Part shown: positions 14,712 through 15,182 of the stretch, in pieces
Layout of the letters: every line of letters starts with the position of its first letter
Position numbering within the stretch: position 1 is the stretch's first letter
Source: Polyangiaceae bacterium
Lineage (GTDB): Bacteria > Myxococcota_A > Polyangia > Polyangiales > Polyangiaceae
Direction of reading: 5' to 3'
Assembly (NCBI GenBank): GCA_044222475.1
Contig: JBGANF010000169.1
Span: 1-15,182, forward strand
Length of the DNA stretch: 15,182 nucleotides
The notes under the pieces: generated by a model
Database searches by the model: none
Told to the model about the DNA's origin: nothing
What the model saw: only the letters and a program-made list of their open reading frames with translations
Position numbers and translations under genes: made by a program

Positions 14712-15182
14712 ATGCGCCCCATCTACCTCGGGTTCGCCCTCGCGGCATCGGCGATTCTCGCGTGCTCCGGCGACCCCGCTGGCACGATCGATGGCGATTG
14801 GTACGCGGACCCACCGGACTCGGGGTCGGGCGTCGCGCCCGACGCGGGGGCGGTCGCGAAGGCGGATGGCGGTGCGCCCGCCGGTGACGCGTCGATCGCG
14901 TTGCCCGACGCCGCGACGCCGAAGGATGCGGCGGCGTCCGTGCCCGATGCGAGCAACTGCCTCAACGGTGTTGCGCCGCCGAGCAGCGGGAAGCACCACC
15001 CGGGCGACGACTGCATGTCGTGCCACGACGGGCTTTCCGCCGGCATTCGCTGGACCGTCGCGGGCACGCTCTACACGACGGTGAACGGCACGACCGCGAT
15101 CAGCGGCGCCAACATCGAGATCATCGACGCGGCGAACAAGAAGGTCGTCCTCGCCACGAGCACCAACGGAAATTTCTACACG
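14712..15182 (+). CDS. Lipoprotein c-type cytochrome (CxxCH), 3' end outside the window; absent from the supplied ORF track
   Basis: My translation: MRPIYLGFALAASAILA-C-SGDP, a D/A/P linker, then SGKHHPGDDCMSCHDG, then WTVAGTLY...GANIEIIDAANKKVVLATSTNGNFYT. The frame is open to the window end. Confidence 0.85.
   Translation, partial: MRPIYLGFALAASAILACSGDPAGTIDGDWYADPPDSGSGVAPDAGAVAKADGGAPAGDASIALPDAATPKDAAASVPDASNCLNGVAPPSSGKHHPGDDCMSCHDGLSAGIRWTVAGTLYTTVNGTTAISGANIEIIDAANKKVVLATSTNGNFYT

Overview
High-GC, gene-dense chromosomal window. Gene content (Gly-rich PGRS-like protein, many Cys-rich lipoproteins with Asp/Ala/Gly linkers, a Myxococcus-type LexA box) suggests a myxobacterium, probably Polyangiales; this assignment is an inference. 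Left to right: 3' end of a Gly-rich protein coupled to a TrxB-fold CPYC flavoprotein (+); a tightly coupled minus-strand operon of three lipoproteins ending in a SRAP/YedK protein; a divergent arginase/agmatinase-family hydrolase; a TPR plus degenerate-M48 membrane protein with a microsatellite-encoded acidic tail; an HExxH SprT/YgjP-like metalloprotease; sixA; recA with a LexA operator filling its promoter spacer and a strong terminator; then four plus-strand secreted or lipoprotein genes, the last a truncated CxxCH heme lipoprotein behind a sigma54-like promoter. The most interesting observation is that the 484-aa lipoprotein (1958..3412) carries an ordered set of MACPF/CDC-like motifs fused to an ASH/Ig-like and a Cys-rich domain, inside an operon of surface lipoproteins: a candidate undescribed pore-forming or surface complex. 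Several genes appear leaderless. No rRNA, tRNA, CRISPR array or mobile element was seen. All assignments come from reading motifs by eye; no searches were run.
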